Positions 52,718 to 64,000 of a stretch of DNA of 64,000 bases are shown piece after piece. Position 1 is the first letter of the stretch. The number at the start of each line of letters is the position of its first letter. Origin of the DNA: Octopus bimaculoides (Eukaryota); assembly GCF_001194135.2 (NCBI RefSeq), contig NC_068984.1, positions 117,913,865 through 117,977,864 of the forward strand. The letters run 5' to 3'. The position numbers were made by a program, and so were the translations under genes. The notes under the pieces were generated by a model. The model ran no database searches and had not been told where the DNA came from. It worked only from the letters and a program-made list of their open reading frames with translations.

Positions 52718-54351
52718 NNNNNNNNNNNNNNNNNNNNNNNNNNNNNNNNNNNNNNNNNNNNNNNNNNNNNNNNNNNNNNNNNNNNNNNNNNNNNNNNNNN
52801 NNNNNNNNNNNNNNNNNNNNNNNNNNNNNNNNNNNNNNNNNNNNNNNNNNNNNNNNNNNNNNNNNNNNNNNNNNNNNNNNNNNNNNNNNNNNNNNNNNNN
52901 NNNNNNNNNNNNNNNNNNNNNNNNNNNNNNNNNNNNNNNNNNNNNNNNNNNNNNNNNNNNNNNNNNNNNNNNNNNNNNNNNNNNNNNNNNNNNNNNNNNN
53001 NNNNNNNNNNNNNNNNNNNNNNNNNNNNNNNNNNNNNNNNNNNNNNNNNNNNNNNNNNNNNNNNNNNNNNNNNNNNNNNNNNNNNNNNNNNNNNNNNNNN
53101 NNNNNNNNNNNNNNNNNNNNNNNNNNNNNNNNNNNNNNNNNNNNNNNNNNNNNNNNNNNNNNNNNNNNNNNNNNNNNNNNNNNNNNNNNNNNNNNNNNNN
53201 NNNNNNNNNNNNNNNNNNNNNNNNNNNNNNNNNNNNNNNNNNNNNNNNNNNNNNNNNNNNNNNNNNNNNNNNNNNNNNNNNNNNNNNNNNNNNNNNNNNN
53301 NNNNNNNNNNNNNNNNNNNNNNNNNNNNNNNNNNNNNNNNNNNNNNNNNNNNNNNNNNNNNNNNNNNNNNNNNNNNNNNNNNNNNNNNNNNNNNNNNNNN
53401 NNNNNNNNNNNAACAAACCCTTTGAGGTTAATAAAGAAATCACCATCACCATCATCATCATCATCATCGTCGTCGTCGTCGTCGTTGTTGTTGTTGTTAT
53501 TGCAGAATCTCAATCGCCAATGATACGGGACAAATGGTTTCCTTTTCTTTTTATTTTTTTTTTTTAATTTTTTTTTTGAACGGCATTTAGTTACGTCCCT
53601 TTACGTTCTGAGTTCAAATCCCGTCGAGGTCAACTTTGCCCTTTCATTCATCCTTCCGGTGGTGATGGCAGTGGTGGTGGTGGTGGTTATGGGGGCCGCG
53701 GTAGAGAGAATAACATAAATAGCAGCCAAGTGCAAGAGATCAATTTTTTTTTTGATCGATTATACCTTTTCAAATACATACACACAAAATTATAATCTCG
53801 TGTCTTATTTTCCAATCCTTTCTTTTTTTAAATTTAACTTCCTTTATTTTTCATAATCGATTCCTCTGTAAAATCCAACCATTTTTTTGTAATTTGTCCT
53901 TGTAATGTCTCGTTATCCATCGCCCTTGTGCCAAAATACTGAAATTACGATTATTATTATTATTATAATTATTATTATTATTATGACAATTTCGACACAC
54001 GCTTTTCACGTTCACGTTTTACTTATTCTATCTCCCTTTTTTTTTTGGCACCTTTGGGGAAACTTTGAACGCCATAAACTCCGGTTCATTTAAAAAAAAA
54101 CGAACCGGAAATAATAAAATACAGAGGCATCCAATATCTGTTTGAAATGGGACGAAGTGAATTGGTGGATTGATCACAACTGGAAAATCTTTGATCGTAA
54201 TGCCAGCTCGATCAGGGGGTCTTAAAAAGGAAAAATAAAAACAAAACAAAACAAAAATGGGGCCACGTTTTGTTGTGTTTAATCAAGAATAAACCATCTC
54301 AATCAGCATTATTATGGATGATGATAATGATAATAATAATGATAATGATAG

Positions 54352-54353
54352 TT

Positions 54354-54422
<69 letters not shown>
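54352..54422. repeat. (TAG)n microsatellite
   Basis: Directly visible. Confidence 0.95.
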
Positions 54423-54602
54423 ATAATAAAGATTAGTAATTTAGGCATGAGGCTATCAATTTAAAGTGGGGGAGTGTTAGACTATATGTCGCCCCACCCC
54501 ACCCCCTCCACTCCGATTCCATTACTTGACTGGTACATTATTTTATCGACACAGGGTAAAGGGAGGGGGGACCCATTGAAAGGCAAAGTTGATGACGACG
54601 AC

Positions 54603-54641
<39 letters not shown>

Positions 54642-55452
54642 AGGATAGGATAGAAGAGTTTTGAGTATAAATGGGAATAATGATAAATTCTTAGGAGCGT
54701 AACAATTTTGGGAATTATTGTGTGAATTATTCTGAGAGTGAGAGAAAGAGACAGAGAGAGAGATAGAGACAGACAGAGAGAGAGACAGAGACAGAGAGAG
54801 ACATTTTGTCTAATTTCGCATATTTCTATCAGGTAAGTTCGTTCGACTGTAGACAGCGTGATGCGAGAATCAACAGTTGTGGAAACTGCAAAACAGATTA
54901 GACAGATGCTGCTATGTGTTTAAAGGCTTTTAGTGACAGTGGAAGGTGTGTGTGTGTGTAATGTAAACGGTAGAGAACTTGGATGTAGCATCGTTTGTAA
55001 AGATATGAGGGTGTGTGTGAGAGAGAGAGAGAGATATGGCATGTATATGTACATGTTTGTGTGTTTGTTCTTGTGTTGAAGAGAGAGGGAAAAGAGTGGA
55101 TGTGTGTATGAGAGAGAAAGAGAGAGAGAGATGAAAGAGGAGGGGAGAGAATAACGAATGAGAGAGAGAAAGAGAGACAGAGAGACAGAAAGAGAGAAGG
55201 GGAGAAGGAAGTAAACAAACACATGTAAAAGAATATAAGGCAAGCTATATGGAAATTTAAGGTAGACAGATGTACGCTTACAGTGTATATATTTATAAGT
55301 ATTTATATAAATATGTTTGTGTGCTTGAGAGAGAGAGAGAGAGAGAGAGTGTGTGTGTGTGTGTGTGTGCGTATCGTTAGAACAGCTAAATATTTTAGGC
55401 ACATTATCCAAAGATACACGTGTGGAAACAGATTGATAAATATATCATATAT

Positions 55453-55546
<94 letters not shown>

Positions 55547-56178
55547 ATATATATATATATAAAACTCAACACCTTAGTGAAAAGATAAAATTAAAAGCCC
55601 AGGTGAGCCGTAAGTGTGGAGCGGAGCGAATCAAGGTATATATATGTTACTATCCAGTCTTTTAGACGAGCATGATTCAGAAGAGGTGGGGTGGGAGTGG
55701 AAGTGGGGGTCGATAGAGTGAGAAGGGAAGTAAGAAAGAGAGAGAAAGAAAGAAAGAAAGAAAGAGACAGAGAGATAAATGGTTATGGGGGGAGAGGGGA
55801 GAGAGGGGAAGAGAAGGAGTTTGTAGCTGATTATTATAAGATTCTAAGAACCCTCTGACTCTGAAAGTAAATAACTAAATCTCTTGGAATATTGCAAAAA
55901 TTACTAAAGATGGACGGAATTGAAGAATCTTCAAACTGAATCACTTTTTTATATATATATCTATATTGTGGATTACAAACAGAAATAAAAGAAAAAAATA
56001 ATATACAAATATCTGATGTATGTGTGATTGATTGTATATGTGTGTATACAAATATATAATTGTATATTTGTTTTATACACTGTTTCATATTTAAGTATTT
56101 TTAATTCGTGTCCCACCACAGTAATTATGCACATGTGTATATCTCTATATACACAAGTATACAACGTGTTGTTTCTTA

Positions 56179-56718
<540 letters not shown>

Positions 56719-56838
56719 TTATTACAACACTTGTACACATAGATGCTCGACTGTACCCCGGTGCAACAACACCCGTGTGGCTAGCTAGCAGCAGTAGATT
56801 GCAGTCGAAAGCCGATGGAGAACACACACATGTGCATC

Positions 56839-56865
<27 letters not shown>
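56839..56865 (-). repeat. (CTG)9 on the gene strand, in the probable 5' UTR of junctophilin
   Basis: Nine consecutive CAG units on the plus strand, about 125 nt upstream of the ATG. Confidence 0.9.
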
Positions 56866-56871
<6 letters not shown>

Positions 56872-57159
56872 CTGGAATGTAGCTAGTTCTTACCAGTTGC
56901 TAGAATACTCCACACTAACCAACCAGTTGGTGGTTGTGACGGATGTGTTGAACGATGAAAAAAGATGGTAATTTCACAATCGACGGTATGGCGTGGCGTC
57001 GGTGAGAAGAGAGCGAGCAGAGGAAAAAAAAATAGAAAACAGTCGAAGAACAGGGGGGGGGCAGACGAAGAAGAAGAGGGAATGCTGTGTGCGTATTTGC
57101 GTACGTACGTAACGAAACGTACATATACGTATGCGTGTGCGTGTGTGTAAGTGTGCGCC

Positions 57160-57206
<47 letters not shown>

Positions 57207-58302
57207 TGACTGGAAAGAAAACAAAATGAGAGAGAGAGAGAGACAAGGTGTGAAATCGAGGAAGGGTGAGAGAAATTGAGTGAAAGAAGAAAGAGTGAGA
57301 GAGTGAGTGAGAAAGAGACAGGTAAAGGTAGAAAAAAGAAGAAAAAGTAATTATAATAGCATTTGTTGTTACTGCTGGGATTGTGGTTATATGTTATATT
57401 TGTGGCGGTGGCTTTGACGGCAGCAGCAGCGGCGGCAGGTGCCACAGAGGATGGTGAAGACTGTTACAGAATACAAGACTAACAAGGGACGTCCTCTCCT
57501 CTTGTCTGTTCTTCTTCTTCTTGCTCTGCTAGAAAACGTTCCACGTACGAAATAGGTATCATATCTCCTCTTTCCTGTACAGCAGCAAACATTAGCAAGA
57601 GTATTGCGTTACCTCCAGCCTGTTTTTACTGTTTATATTTGGTAAGCGAGCAGCAAACGAACCATCAGGAATCTCGACTACACAAGACAAATCGCTGGTA
57701 ATACACTGACAGAGTGGAGTATGTATGAGTGCAAGTATGTATATGTGTATATGCGTGAGTGAGTGTGTGTGTGTGTGCGTGTGTGAGTGTATATAAATAT
57801 ATATATGCGTGTGTGTGTGTGTGTTTGTGTAAGAGCCGCGTGTGAGTTAGTGAGCGAATGAGCGAGAAAGTAACTGTGAGGTTGTACAGAGAAAAACAGT
57901 GACAGAAAGACATACAGTAATATATACACACACATACACACATTTATAAGACACTGAGTGATATACAATCGTAGAAAAATTTTCGAATTTTTATGAAGAC
58001 AGTCGTTGCTGAAGAATTCCATGGAGGAAACATATAAAACGTTATTTCGGATGGCATCTATCGCACGCAGAAAAATAGAGAAAAAATTGAAGCCCAAAAC
58101 AAAAAGAAAAAAAAACAGAAAAGAAAAATCAACACAAACATGTATATATTCACTATTTTTTAATGTGTGTTGCGTGTGTGTGTATACATATGAAATTCAG
58201 ACAGTAAAAATATAAAATCAAAAAATATCAATTAATCAAAGAATATGATAAAATTTCTTTCCACTTTTTTTCTTTTCTTTTTACATACATACACGTACAC
58301 GC

Positions 58303-58333
<31 letters not shown>

Positions 58334-58388
58334 TGTATGTATGTATGTATGTATGTATGTATGCATGCATGATCACGTTTCCAGGTTG

Positions 58389-58454
<66 letters not shown>

Positions 58455-59680
58455 CTGTCTGTCTGTCTCTCTCTCTCTCTCTTTCTCTCTCCCTCTTTCT
58501 TCGGTTTTTACGCTTCATTTGGAACCAAAACCAAAACAGTATATATGTTACCAAAGCAGTAACATATATAACCTATTTTTATTTATTTATCTACTTATTT
58601 ATTTATTTGTTTATTACCTTGCTTATGTGGGAGCCACTACGCAATCGCTCGACCTGCTAGAAATAGCAGCAAAATCTCCCCGACTCTATATGAAAAAAAA
58701 AAAAAAAGGGGGACACTTTGGATAAGGCAGCACTAGTTAAACCAGACACCATGCCTATATATAAAAATGGATAGCCATGCCTAGAACGCTGTTGAGATAA
58801 TAATAAGGTTCACTCCACACAATATGAAATGAAGTGCAACAGCAATAATCCGATCATTTTCTAAGAACTAGAAATATCACATTCTCTTTCAGCGTGACAA
58901 CTCTTTTTATTTTTATTATTACTCTCACATTCATCCACAACCACTGCCAAACGACTAAAGTCGACAGCAAACAACAACAATAATAACGACGATAAAAAAT
59001 GTCATAACGTATGTCTTTCACATTCACAGAAAATGCAACACATTAAAAAAAAAAAGAGACAACTGTTGTTTAGTTTACTGCTTTTGCGTATATTTCAAAC
59101 CGACATCATGTATTTTCGATTAAGACGTGTCTCAGACAGACGTTATATTTATTATTATTGTTAGAGATGAATAAGAACATATATATNNNNNNNNNNNNNN
59201 NNNNNNNNNNNNNNNNNNNNNNNNNNNNNNNNNNNNNNNNNNNNNNNNNNNNNNNNNNNNNNNNNNNNNNNNNNNNNNNNNNNNNNNNNNNNNNNNNNNN
59301 NNNNNNNNNNNNNNNNNNNNNNNNNNNNNNNNNNNNNNNNNNNNNNNNNNNNNNNNNNNNNNNNNNNNNNNNNNNNNNNNNNNNNNNNNNNNNNNNNNNN
59401 NNNNNNNNNNNNNNNNNNNNNNNNNNNNNNNNNNNNNNNNNNNNNNNNNNNNNNNNNNNNNNNNNNNNNNNNNNNNNNNNNNNNNNNNNNNNNNNNNNNN
59501 NNNNNNNNNNNNNNNNNNNNNNNNNNNNNNNNNNNNNNNNNNNNNNNNNNNNNNNNNNNNTATATAACGGGTAGAAAATCACGGAAGATGGACGTTTCTC
59601 TTTGGATTTCAATAAAATATTAATTATTTGAATAATTAATAAAATATTAAAAACGCGATATAGGAATGAACAACAATATT

Positions 59681-59714
59681 AAATGCAAATTAATTAAATG
59701 CAAATTAATTAAAT
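59681..59714 (+). promoter_or_regulatory. Tandem octamer (ATGCAAAT) plus TAATTA sites
   Basis: (AAATGCAAATTAATT)x2; octamers at 59683-59690 and 59698-59705, about 3 kb upstream of the junctophilin ATG. Confidence 0.3.
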
Positions 59715-60759
59715 GTAGCGTATCAGTATTTATTAAAATCATATTCGATTCTAATGATTACATAATAATAATATCATTGTAAGTATTATCAATGTTATTA
59801 TTATTATAACTTTTTTCTGCAACAGCGATTATTAATACTGCGAGACCTGTAAACGCGGCACAGTTGCAAACATAACGCACTTCATTTTTCACATATGCGC
59901 ACATATGGAAAAATTAACATATATCTATTTATAATATATTTATATATAAATTATTCTATTTTATTTTATTCTATTTAATTTTATTTTCGAAGCACACATT
60001 ATTTTCTTATTATCTCTCCAGCTACATACACATATACGTATATATATATTTATTTCTATTTGTTTAAATCGACTGTGCTGTACTCCTTCCTGAGTTCGAT
60101 TACTGCGGCGTTGCTAATATATTCGATCGCTTGGTTTGGTGCGCTTTCATACAAACGTAACAGTTTTCTCTTCCCTTCTCTCTCATTCAGTCGCTCTCTC
60201 TCTCGTTCCTTTTCTCTGTATCTTTGTCTCTTTCTCTCTCTCTTACTCATTCCACTTCTCTCGATCCCTCTTCTCTCAATCCGTCACACTATCTCTTTCA
60301 AACTCTTCCTCTATACCTTAGTCGGCCGGTCGGTCAGTGTGAAAAACTTAGACGTTGCTTGCGTATGCATACAAGATCGTAAGTAGAGGTATAACTCGCA
60401 TCCTAACACCAGCAAAGATCTCTCACCGTCCTGCGATCGTTCTCTTTTGTTCTATATTCGGGACGATTATTTTGGACACCTGTTTCCTCGCCGTTCTCAC
60501 TCTCACATCAACAAATGCAGTGTCGCTTATGATTTCAGTGAATGATGGATGGATTCATTTGAAGACACTTAACGAAATAGCAGTTTTCGGAGCAATCGCG
60601 CATGCACTTAGTGATCCTCACGCGTATACATATGCGCGCGTGAGTTTATGCGTACACACGTAGACATGCAAACACAGACGCACACACACACGTATATATA
60701 TATATATCTATGTATATATACATGTGTATTTATATATATATATATAAATGCTTATACGT

Positions 60760-60790
<31 letters not shown>

Positions 60791-60912
60791 CATACATTCA
60801 CATATAACAATATATATATATATATATAACAATATATATATATATATATATATATATTGTTATATATATATATATGTATGTATTTACATATGCATACGTA
60901 TACATTCGTACT

Positions 60913-60944
<32 letters not shown>

Positions 60945-61022
60945 TATATTCACATATATATTCATTACATATAAACACACATATATGTATGTGTGTGTGC
61001 ATGTATGTATATGCATACATAC

Positions 61023-61075
<53 letters not shown>

Positions 61076-61807
61076 NNNNNNNNNNNNNNNNNNNNNNNNN
61101 NNNNNNNNNNNNNNNNNNNNNNNNNNNNNNNNNNNNNNNNNNNNNNNNNNNNNNNNNNNNNNNNNNNNNNNNNNNNNNNNNNNNNNNNNNNNNNNNNNNN
61201 NNNNNNNNNNNNNNNNNNNNNNNNNNNNNNNNNNNNNNNNNNNNNNNNNNNNNNNNNNNNNNNNNNNNNNNNNNNNNNNNNNNNNNNNNNNNNNNNNNNN
61301 NNNNNNNNNNNNNNNNNNNNNNNNNNNNNNNNNNNNNNNNNNNNNNNNNNNNNNNNNNNNNNNNNNNNNNNNNNNNNNNNNNNNNNNNNNNNNNNNNNNN
61401 NNNNNNNNNNNNNNNNNNNNNNNNNNNNNNNNNNNNNNNNNNNNNNNNNNNNNNNNNNNNNNNNNNNNNNNNNNNNNNNNNNNNNNNNNNNNNNNNNNNN
61501 NNNNNNNNNNNNNNNNNNNNNNNNNNNNNNNNNNNNNNNNNNNNNNNNNNNNNNNNNNNNNNNNNNNNNNNNNNNNNNNNNNNNNNNNNNNNNNNNNNNN
61601 NNNNNNNNNNNNNNNNNNNNNNNNNNNNNNNNNNNNNNNNNNNNNNNNNNNNNNNNNNNNNNNNNNNNNNNNNNNNNNNNNNNNNNNNNNNNNNNNNNNN
61701 NNNNNNNNNNNNNNNNNNNNNNNNNNNNNNNNNNNNNNNNNNNNNNNNNNNNNNNNNNNNNNNNNNNNNNNNNNNNNNNNNNNTATATGCTCAGAAAACG
61801 CACACAT

Positions 61808-61839
<32 letters not shown>

Positions 61840-61874
61840 CTGAATGCGTGTTTATGGATGAGTGTGTGTACGTA

Positions 61875-62140
61875 TGCATGTATTCGGCTCACGATCTTAG
61901 GTCGGGAGTTCGATTCCCTGCGGTGCGTAGTGTCCTTGAGCAAGGCACTATTTCTCGTTGCTGCAGTCCACTCAACTGGCAGAAATGAGTTACTCCTGTA
62001 AAGGGCTAGACTTGTTACATTTTGCATTACGCTGAATCTCCCTGAGAACTATGTTAAAGATACGCGTGTCAGCGGAGTACTCAGCCACTTGCACGTTAAT
62101 CCACTGGAACACTGATCGTCGTAACCGACATAGAGACTGG
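61875..62140 (+). mobile_element. SINE family E, CpG-intact copy
   Basis: B-box GAGTTCGATTCCC, GTGTCCTTGAGCAAGGCACT core; colinear with 21800-22095. Confidence 0.75.
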
Positions 62141-62892
62141 CCATGTAGGCATGTATGTGACATAATTTTTAACGATGGAACACGAAGTACATGAATTAAT
62201 AAAATATAGTGTGTGTGTGTATATGCATATATATATACATACATGCATACATACATACATACATATATATACATATATATACATATATATACATATATAT
62301 ATATATATATACAGATAGATATAGATAGAGAGAAACATTGATAGATAGATACATGTCTGTATATGTGTGTGTATATATACGTATATGTATATATATATAT
62401 ATATATATATACATAAATATATATGTACACACTGCGTACGTATATATGTATGTATGTATGTATGTACGTATGTATGTATAAATGCATTTATATATGTATT
62501 TATGTATATGAGTGAGTGTACCGAAAATTCATTAGTACTTTCCACCTTATTAGTTGTTGCCTTCTCCTGTCTGAATATTGAATTTGCTGTGAAATTAAAA
62601 TTTGATCTCTTAAGATTATCTCCCCCTTTTAAAAAAAATGTGCGCCTAGGTTTTGATTTTTTTTTTTTCATCTTCGATTTAATTCTAAATTTCATTCTTT
62701 AGCAATATCGTAATGCAAATCAGCCAGTAATCCACCATCTACCTAAAATACAAACATGTATGTATGTGTTTGTCAGTATGTATGCGTGTATGTGTGTGTG
62801 TATGTAATATGAAAGCAGTGAACACGAAAATGAAGAAACAAGTTTTAAGAAATGTTGTTTGGGTTTAATGCTTTAAAGGAATGGTATGTCAT

Positions 62893-62920
62893 TACGTTTC
62901 GAACACTAGTCCTTCATCAG
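62893..62920 (-). ncRNA. Minimal hammerhead ribozyme core (Penelope-like element type), stem I degraded
   Basis: Minus strand CUGAUGA-A-GGAC-UAGU-GUUC-GAAAC-GUA: complete conserved core, 4-bp stem II, palindromic ACGU stem III, GUA cleavage triplet. Confidence 0.6.
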
Positions 62921-63193
62921 AAAAAAAAACTTAAAGAGAATTAAAGGAGGCGTGTGATAGAATAAAAAGTGGTTTGAGGAAAACAAACGAGTAAAGGCTT
63001 AGGAAAAGGTGAAAATGCGGATGGATGGGAATAATTTAAGAAAGAAGGAAAGAAAGCGGATGTGTGTCAGGGTACAGGTGTGTATTAGTGTATCGGAATG
63101 GGCATAAGCAATGGGGGAGTGTGTGTATGCTTTTTTGGGGTGCATATGTGTAGAGGTTTGCAAATGTAGGAGTGTAGTGTTTATGTGTGTATG

Positions 63194-63227
<34 letters not shown>

Positions 63228-64000
63228 TGTTGCATATGCATGTATATACGTATATAAGCAATTACAGCTAGTTGTTATTTGCAATGTGGTATAACATGCA
63301 CCATGATTTCACTAATTATTTGATACTGGCTGGTCCCGTGCCGTCAAAAATTACGGTTAATTGTAGTATCTTATATATAAATATGGATGGTAAATAAAAT
63401 CAATACACTTGTTTATGTTATTTGGCGGTTGTCTTTTGAGATGTGACATCGGACATCGTTTGTTACTGAAAGAACGCTGGTTCACACATACAAACATTCA
63501 CATACTTCCATGGTACACGCACACACATCCACGCACATAGTTGAAACGCTGTTTGATTTTTCTTCTCAGCGTTGAATGTTCACCATCCCACTTCCATTGC
63601 ACACACATACGCACATACACACACGCGCGCGTATTCACATACCTCCCTTTTACATACACATACGCATACTTACACAGAGTTGAAACGCTCCCACTACCAG
63701 TTTGTCATCACCCCTTCCTTTCTCATTCACATGCTGCGACGGAGAAAAACACAAAAGTAGATTGTAGTCACGGGCAAACACGGACACTCTCTCACCCCTT
63801 ACCATACACACACACTTTACTCAGTGGCACATCTTGTATGTATCAATTGGAGAAAGATAGCTACACCAGCACCTGACTGGCTGCGACTCATTTGCAGCTG
63901 AATTGACTAAAGCAACGAGAAAAGAAATGCCTTGCGCAAGAACACAGCATACTGCCTAGTCCAAGTATCGAACCCGCAGCCTTATATCATAAGCTCAGCT

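Noticed and set aside
56839-56865. CTG repeat as a counterpart of the human JPH3 (HDL2) CTG repeat
   Set aside because: The human repeat lies downstream of exon 1 in an alternative exon; this one is upstream of the ATG, and trinucleotide runs are everywhere in this window, so coincidence is likely.
60790-60875. Inverted TATAACAATATA / TATATTGTTATA within (TA)n
   Set aside because: Readily explained by slippage and fold-back within a self-complementary (TA)n tract.

Overview
Repeat-dense, AT-rich animal DNA with many microsatellites and N gaps. The SINE/MITE repertoire and microsatellite load suggest an octopus or other coleoid cephalopod (inference). The only intact coding sequence is the first coding exon of a junctophilin gene on the minus strand (56715-56331, five MORN repeats, GTAAGT donor, phase 1). 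No second exon is visible, so positions 1-56330 are most likely one intron of at least 56 kb, and 56716-64000 is 5' UTR and upstream region. The intron holds several tRNA-headed SINE families (my working labels A-F), two R4/Dong-type LINE relics, a Tc1 deletion derivative, hAT- and piggyBac-like MITEs and Helentron-like elements. Less ordinary observations: a 93-bp-arm fold-back, a 116-bp locally templated insertion inside a SINE, a minimal hammerhead ribozyme core, scattered plus-strand LRR-like coding relics, and a shift to CpG-rich DNA around the 5' end of the gene. I found no CRISPR array, rRNA or true tRNA gene. Repeat boundaries were read by eye and are approximate (about +/-10-20 bp) unless stated otherwise. 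Nearly all other ORFs in the track are microsatellite or gap artefacts.
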